Positions 58,899-64,000 of a stretch of DNA of 64,000 nt are shown here, one piece after another. Numbering within the stretch: the stretch's first letter is position 1; each line of letters begins with the position of its first letter. The translations under genes were made by a program, and so were the position numbers. The DNA comes from Bdellovibrionales bacterium (lineage in GTDB: Bacteria; Bdellovibrionota; Bdellovibrionia; Bdellovibrionales; UBA1609), in assembly GCA_050246815.1 (NCBI GenBank), contig JBFWVI010000006.1, forward strand, positions 26,069-90,068, in the 5' to 3' direction. The notes beneath the pieces were generated by a model. That model worked only from the letters and a program-made list of their open reading frames with translations, did not search any database and had not been told where the DNA came from.

Positions 58899-58927
58899 AA
58901 CCGACAGCGAAAGCTGTCGGTTTTTTT
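58899..58927 (+). terminator. intrinsic terminator-type hairpin directly upstream of dsbD
   Basis: AACCGACAGC-GAAA-GCTGTCGGTT perfect 10-bp stem running into T7 (58921-58927). Confidence 0.8.
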
Positions 58928-58960
58928 ATGCCTAACAACCAATCTGCCGATAAGAAAAGC

Positions 58961-60553
58961 ATGCGCAACCAGATCCGCCAAATTCTTATTTTCTTATTTG
59001 TTTTCAGTGGGTTAGATGCCATGGCAGAGTCCAGCACGCGACCCAAGGTGAATCCCAACCCCTGGGTTTTCAACTCGATCAACGCCACCAAACCGGAGTT
59101 CAATGGCGATGAGCCGCTGACGTTTAAGCTGATGTGGCAACTGGCCCCCGGCTATCACGCCTATTTTGAAGAGTTTAAGGTGGCCCCCAAAAATCCGAAC
59201 GACGCTGTCGTCCGCCTGCAAGACATCCGCAAAGTGGTGGAATTCGACGACAAGTTTTCAAAACAACGCCGCCAGGGCGTTGAGGGCGAGGGGGATGCTT
59301 ATGTGCAAATCGAAGTGCCGCCCATCATGGCAACTGGCGCTTACCAGGGTGAATTTTTATTCACCTATCAGGCCTGCGCCAGTGATCATTGCTTGCTGCC
59401 AAAAACCTTGACCGTGCCCTTCACGGCCCAAGTGCAAGCCATGACCCCCAAACTCATGGGACAAAAGTTCAATCCTACAGATTGGCGCATTTGGCTCACT
59501 GTTTTTTTGGCCGGCCTGCTGACCAGTTTCACCCCATGCGTGTTCCCGCTGATTCCCATTACTTTGGCGATTTTAGGCGCACGCCGCGAGAACGCGAGCC
59601 GCTTGAGCGGTTTTGCTCTAAGCTTGTCTTATGTGATCGGCATCGCCTTGACCTACGCCATCTTAGGACTAATCGCCGCTTCCACTGGCGCTTTGTTCGG
59701 CGGATTTTTAGGTCATCCCTTGGTGGCTATTGCCTTGGCGATCTTATTTACCATTTTGGGGTTCAGCTCGCTTGGCTACATCCCTCTTGAAGCCCCGGCC
59801 TTTTTGCGTGACCGCTTAAGCCGACAAAAAAGCCAAGGCGGACTTCTGGGTGCCTTTATCACCGGCATGGCGGCCGGCATTGTGGCAAGCCCCTGCGTTG
59901 GCCCCGTCCTGGCCGCCATTTTGACTTATGTGGCCCAAACCCAAAATCTTGCGCTGGGGTTTGCGCTGCTGTTCGTGTTTGCCTTGGGGCTTGGGCAATT
60001 GTTTTTGTGGCTTGGCACTTTTTCGAGCGTGCAAAAACTTTTGCCGCGTTCGGGCCGCTGGCTGTTGATCAGCAAGTACATTTTTGCGATTAGCTTTTTT
60101 GGCTTAGCGCTCTTTTACCTGCAACCTTGGCTGAAAAAAATCCCCGAACTCTTCCACACCGGGCAAAAACAGACAGTCGAAGCGTCTTACGCCAAATTAC
60201 CTTGGCAGCCCTACAGCAAAATGATCCGTCAAGTAGCCGCCGAGGCTGGGCGCCCCGTGGTGATCGATTTTTATGCCGATTGGTGCGTGGCCTGCAAAGA
60301 GCTTGAGCACGACACCTTCAGCCAACCCGAAGTACAAGCCTTCAAAGAAGATCTGGTTTTTTTAAAGTTCGACGCCACCAAGGAGTCGCCCGAGTTCGCC
60401 GAGCTTCGCCGCGAATTTGAAATTGTCGGCTTGCCCCACTTAGTTTTTTTGGACCACAAAGGGCACTGGCGGCGTGATTTGACTTTGACCGGCTTTGAAA
60501 AGTCCCCAGAATTCGCCGCCCGGCTGCAAAAGCTCTTAAGACCAAAGAAGTGA
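58961..60553 (+). CDS. dsbD: protein-disulfide reductase DsbD
   Basis: N-domain YQACASDHCLLP, TM domain FTPCVFP and SPCVGP, thioredoxin DFYADWCVACK; start 58961 or 58928. Confidence 0.92.
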   Translation: MRNQIRQILIFLFVFSGLDAMAESSTRPKVNPNPWVFNSINATKPEFNGDEPLTFKLMWQLAPGYHAYFEEFKVAPKNPNDAVVRLQDIRKVVEFDDKFSKQRRQGVEGEGDAYVQIEVPPIMATGAYQGEFLFTYQACASDHCLLPKTLTVPFTAQVQAMTPKLMGQKFNPTDWRIWLTVFLAGLLTSFTPCVFPLIPITLAILGARRENASRLSGFALSLSYVIGIALTYAILGLIAASTGALFGGFLGHPLVAIALAILFTILGFSSLGYIPLEAPAFLRDRLSRQKSQGGLLGAFITGMAAGIVASPCVGPVLAAILTYVAQTQNLALGFALLFVFALGLGQLFLWLGTFSSVQKLLPRSGRWLLISKYIFAISFFGLALFYLQPWLKKIPELFHTGQKQTVEASYAKLPWQPYSKMIRQVAAEAGRPVVIDFYADWCVACKELEHDTFSQPEVQAFKEDLVFLKFDATKESPEFAELRREFEIVGLPHLVFLDHKGHWRRDLTLTGFEKSPEFAARLQKLLRPKK

Positions 60554-60569
60554 CAAAAAACCTTGGTCG

Positions 60570-61085
60570 TTACAAACGCTTCATCCGCGCGATTTCGCGC
60601 TGAGCCTCTTTCAGTTCGGTGCGTGAGCCCATCAGCTGCATTTCTTGCTCAGAGATCAATTTTTGCATCTGTCCCAAGCGAAGCTCGAAACTTTGCACCA
60701 ACTGGTTATGGCGATCGACCAATTCTTGAATTTTCGCGTCGCCCACTTTTCGCTCGTTCACCTTGCTGATCAATTGGGACTGTTTGCCATTCAAATCTTG
60801 TAAACCGGCCTTCACCATCTCATCCAGGCGCTGCGTGACGCCGTTCAAACGTTCAAATTTCAACTTCGTGGCATTGGCAAATTCATTTAAGCGAGAGCTG
60901 GTCAGCTCCAAACGGGCTTCAAACTCTTTGAATTTACGGCGCATAAAATCCACTTGGGTGACCAGTAGTCGCCATTCTTCATCGCGACCTGTCATGGCGG
61001 CGGAGCCGCCCAAACGCGGCTCTGGGCCTGCTTGAGTGGTTCTGGGTAAATCAGGAAATAATTCAGGATTTAATTCACGGCTCAT
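60570..61085 (-). CDS. hypothetical coiled-coil protein
   Basis: Long heptad-rich helix; GGGAGG RBS before ATG 61085. Confidence 0.75.
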   Translation of the reverse strand: MSRELNPELFPDLPRTTQAGPEPRLGGSAAMTGRDEEWRLLVTQVDFMRRKFKEFEARLELTSSRLNEFANATKLKFERLNGVTQRLDEMVKAGLQDLNGKQSQLISKVNERKVGDAKIQELVDRHNQLVQSFELRLGQMQKLISEQEMQLMGSRTELKEAQREIARMKRL

Positions 61086-61143
61086 TTTCCCCTCCCGCAT
61101 TATTCGCTGGACGCGCGGCTTCATCTGAATCTATCGTTTAAAT

Positions 61144-62121
61144 ATGAGTTCTGTCACTCACTTAACGCAGCATTTGCTAAAACTTGATCCGGGCAAAAAC
61201 GTCGCTCGGCAAACGCTGTTCAATTATTTAAAAGTTTTTGTCAGCAGTGGCGCGCAACTGAACGCCGAGATTTTAAATCAATTCTTCGCCTATGTTTTGA
61301 ATTATCAATACTGGCAAGCCAATACCAAAAATTTGGGCCAAAGCGTTCAGGCCGATCTAGAAACCTTCGCGCAAAGTTTTCGCTTGGATTTTGAAATGTC
61401 TCAAGTTCACTTTCCGCACCTCACCCAGTTGGTGATTTTAGAACAGACGCGTGACGTTGAACAGTTGATCAACACCCTTGAGCGCTCACGCCGCGAAGAT
61501 GGCGATCGTGGCAAACTTATGGCGATATCTGATCAGCAAATGCTTGCGGCCACCTTGAAATCCAATGGGGCCTTGATTGTGCGGGTTTATGGGCGCGCAG
61601 CCCAGATCGTGGGTGGCGCCTTGCAGTTGATTCGCCCTTTGACTGAACTGCAGTACACTTCACAACTTGAATTGGATAAACAAGTGGTGCAGCTTTTGGA
61701 AGGCCCCATGGTCACTGCGGCCCGCTTCAACCTGAACGATGACGGCTGCCAAGGGGTGATGGTGCGCGGGCATATGCTTCAACGCTACGAAACCCTGTCG
61801 GCCGGGGGACTCGCCCAGCATGCCGAACTGTTTTACGGATTAAAGCGCATCGAGCGATTTTTCATCAACCCGACCTCGGACCCCTATCACCGTGAATTGG
61901 TGGGGGGCCTGGAGCGTGCGTACCAGCTGTTGCAAAATGGCCATCCCGACGGCAAACGCATGGCCAACGGCGCTTTGCAAAGGGGCAAGGCCGCACTGAA
62001 ACACATCTTTCCCAATGACAAACTGCTCATGGTTCTGGTAACCAATATCGAATTCGCGCTTATTTCACCACAACCCTCAGCGCCACAACCAGAACCATGG
62101 GAACGCCAATTAAAACCTTAA
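61144..62121 (+). CDS. hypothetical cytoplasmic protein
   Basis: 325-aa ORF with a TATCGT -10-like hexamer 6 nt before the ATG; overlaps the rluB start. Confidence 0.75.
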   Translation: MSSVTHLTQHLLKLDPGKNVARQTLFNYLKVFVSSGAQLNAEILNQFFAYVLNYQYWQANTKNLGQSVQADLETFAQSFRLDFEMSQVHFPHLTQLVILEQTRDVEQLINTLERSRREDGDRGKLMAISDQQMLAATLKSNGALIVRVYGRAAQIVGGALQLIRPLTELQYTSQLELDKQVVQLLEGPMVTAARFNLNDDGCQGVMVRGHMLQRYETLSAGGLAQHAELFYGLKRIERFFINPTSDPYHRELVGGLERAYQLLQNGHPDGKRMANGALQRGKAALKHIFPNDKLLMVLVTNIEFALISPQPSAPQPEPWERQLKP

Positions 62122-63017
62122 CTCGCCTGAATAAATTCTTAGCCGATAGCGGTATCACCAGCCGCCGTAAAGCCGACACTTTGATTGAAGAGGGCGCGGT
62201 GCAGGTCAATGGCAAAACCGTGTACGAATTGGGCGTCAAGGTCACCCCTGGCGTGGACCGGGTCACGGTCAATGGCAAACCGATCAAAGTGGTTGAGCAA
62301 CGGATTTACCTGGCTTTTTATAAGCCCGAAAACGTTTTGACTTCGATGTCCGACCCCGAAGGCCGCATGACGGTCGCTGATTTTGTACAAAAACTGCCGA
62401 TGCGGGTGTTTCCGGTGGGGCGTTTGGATTGGGACACCGAAGGGCTTTTGCTTTTGACCAATGACGGTGATTTTGCCCAGCAGATCTCACACCCAAAAGC
62501 GGCAATTCCCAAAACCTATTACGCTAAATTAAACGCCGAGCCCACTCAAGAAAAGCTCTCAAAGCTTCTGCGCGGAGTGACCATCCCCGGCGGCAAGGCC
62601 TCGGCCCTGCACGTCGAAAAAATCAAGCTGGGCACATCTGAAAAGTACGCTTGGGTGAAGATTGTCATCACCGAAGGCCGCAACCGCCAAGTGCGCAAAA
62701 TGTTCGAAAAAATCGGCTTTGACGTCAAGAAACTCAAGCGCGTGGCCATCGGCCGCTTAGAGCTTGGCCCGCTGACTAAAGGACAATTTGTCTTTTTGGG
62801 CCCCAAAGGAGTCAAAGAAGCCCTTTCACCCACCTGGCCACAAAAACGCAGTGAACGCGAAGCCCGTCGTGCCGCCAATGACCAAGCCGCCGCCCCAGGC
62901 ACCCCAGCTCCGCGCACTCGTCGTCCCTTTGACCGTGAAAATACCGGCGGCAAACGCGGTCCCCGCCCGCCGTCACGCCCCGCCAAACACATCGGCAAAC
63001 GGCAGTATTCGCGCTAG
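62097..63017 (+). CDS. rluB: rRNA pseudouridine synthase (RsuA/RluB family)
   Basis: S4 domain RLNKFLA..G..SRR, GRLDWDTEGLLLLTNDG, EGRNRQVRKM; Arg/Pro-rich tail. Confidence 0.88.
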   Translation: MGTPIKTLTRLNKFLADSGITSRRKADTLIEEGAVQVNGKTVYELGVKVTPGVDRVTVNGKPIKVVEQRIYLAFYKPENVLTSMSDPEGRMTVADFVQKLPMRVFPVGRLDWDTEGLLLLTNDGDFAQQISHPKAAIPKTYYAKLNAEPTQEKLSKLLRGVTIPGGKASALHVEKIKLGTSEKYAWVKIVITEGRNRQVRKMFEKIGFDVKKLKRVAIGRLELGPLTKGQFVFLGPKGVKEALSPTWPQKRSEREARRAANDQAAAPGTPAPRTRRPFDRENTGGKRGPRPPSRPAKHIGKRQYSR

Positions 63018-63169
63018 TTCTTGATGCCTCGCCCTTTGTGTGACTTTATGTCGAATAGATCGGCGTCAACATCTTCGACAGTTCGGCTTGTTTCATATTA
63101 GGACAGAACCTTACAAATCAGGGCCTATCTTTTGATGCCCATGCTTTTCCCTAAAAATTAAGGCCTGTT

Positions 63170-63194
63170 CACGAGTAACATATAACTACTCGTG
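63170..63194. promoter_or_regulatory. 8-bp inverted repeat bracketing a TATAAC hexamer (operator candidate)
   Basis: CACGAGTA-acatataac-TACTCGTG, 21 nt upstream of ATG 63216. Confidence 0.45.
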
Positions 63195-63215
63195 TGATTA
63201 TTCTGGGGAAATACG

Positions 63216-64000
63216 ATGAGATCGAAATCCTATTTATCGTGGTTTGGCGTTCTTCAATTTGTGTTGGTCATCACAATTCTGACTCTCAGTCACATGGCGT
63301 GGGCGATCACCGTTAAGTCCCAACCAACTCAAATCAAGGTCGCGGCCCCAACACCACCAGGCACTGTTCCGACCTGGCGCGAAGGACTTGCCATCGGCCA
63401 GTGGAAGGAAATCACCGGCTCGAATATGTCGGCCCTGATCCCCACGGTTTCGGCGCCCGGCAATGGGCGAAATACAATTATTGAAGCGTGGAACTCTTTG
63501 GCCATCGACCCTCGCGACTCGACCATATACTCTGTGGCGAATGGTGGCCACTTTGATTGGGCCGGCAATGAAGTCAATGCCATCAAAATGACCGACAATT
63601 CACCCAAATGGTTTGAAAAGAAACCCTCAACACCAGTAAATCAAATCGTCGAGTCCAGGTCCCACTACTTGGATGGTGCACCAACTTCCCGGCATTCATA
63701 TTACGGCATGGTTTTTAACAAATCCCGGAATCGGGTTATGCTTTTAACCGGTTATTGGTGGGCATCAGCGACCAGCATGACCCCAGCGATGGACGGGTAC
63801 AATATCCTCAGCAACACTTATGACCCTAAGGACACTTTCCCCAATGTGCCGGGCGCAGTCCAAGGTAGCCCCGGAGCTGCAATTATTGAAGATACGGCCA
63901 CTGACAATATTTACTCTGTCGCAAATTATGGTGTTTACCGCTGGAACAATGGCACCAACACCTGGTCAACACTCCTGAGCAACACTCCAGTTTATGGGTA
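63216..64000 (+). CDS. secreted putative beta-propeller protein, 3'-truncated by window edge (absent from the ORF track)
   Basis: Manually translated open frame MRSKSYLSWFG...AWA-IT with motifs GGHFDWAGNEV and DGAPTSRHSY and blade-ending Trp residues; no stop before 64000. Confidence 0.8.
   Translation, partial: MRSKSYLSWFGVLQFVLVITILTLSHMAWAITVKSQPTQIKVAAPTPPGTVPTWREGLAIGQWKEITGSNMSALIPTVSAPGNGRNTIIEAWNSLAIDPRDSTIYSVANGGHFDWAGNEVNAIKMTDNSPKWFEKKPSTPVNQIVESRSHYLDGAPTSRHSYYGMVFNKSRNRVMLLTGYWWASATSMTPAMDGYNILSNTYDPKDTFPNVPGAVQGSPGAAIIEDTATDNIYSVANYGVYRWNNGTNTWSTLLSNTPVYG

Noticed and set aside
58780..58927. Assignment as SRP RNA, 6S RNA, tmRNA or a TPP/c-di-GMP riboswitch
   Set aside because: No SRP helix-8 motif, no tmRNA ends or tag, short for 6S, and riboswitch cores are incomplete. 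Kept only as an unassigned candidate.

Overview
Chromosomal window from a diderm bacterium, most likely a Bdellovibrionota-type predator. This is inferred from TIGR02147/DUF4423-like and DUF3015-like genes, many secreted hydrolases and an orphan motAB pair. The backbone is the minus-strand dcw cluster: rsmH-ftsL-ftsI-murE-murF-mraY-murD // ftsW-murG-murC-murB-ddl-ftsQ-ftsA-ftsZ-lpxH. It is flanked by housekeeping genes (M3 peptidase, nadK, recN, bcp, tdk, hpt, SLT-LysM transglycosylase, dacB, lspA, motAB, a two-component pair, dsbD, rluB). About 18 kb of accessory DNA splits the cluster between murD and ftsW. The best candidate for an undescribed system is a tight 4-gene operon at 15853-27491 (-): a ~1280-aa Met-zincin lipoprotein, a ~1190-aa unknown lipoprotein, a small outer-membrane beta-barrel, and a 1122-aa lipoprotein that by eye is a full-length collinear paralog of the 1190-aa one. 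Other notable signals: a REPIN-like 26-bp perfect inverted repeat at the murD junction, a secreted zincin plus papain-fold enzyme pair, a triple half-site operator before a TIGR02147-like regulator, a peroxiredoxin with a histone-H1-like tail, an LspA fused to a HAMP-like module, and a possible ncRNA/attenuator before dsbD. I saw no CRISPR array, tRNA, rRNA, integrase or transposase. All family calls come from motif recognition by eye, not database searches, so novelty is untested.
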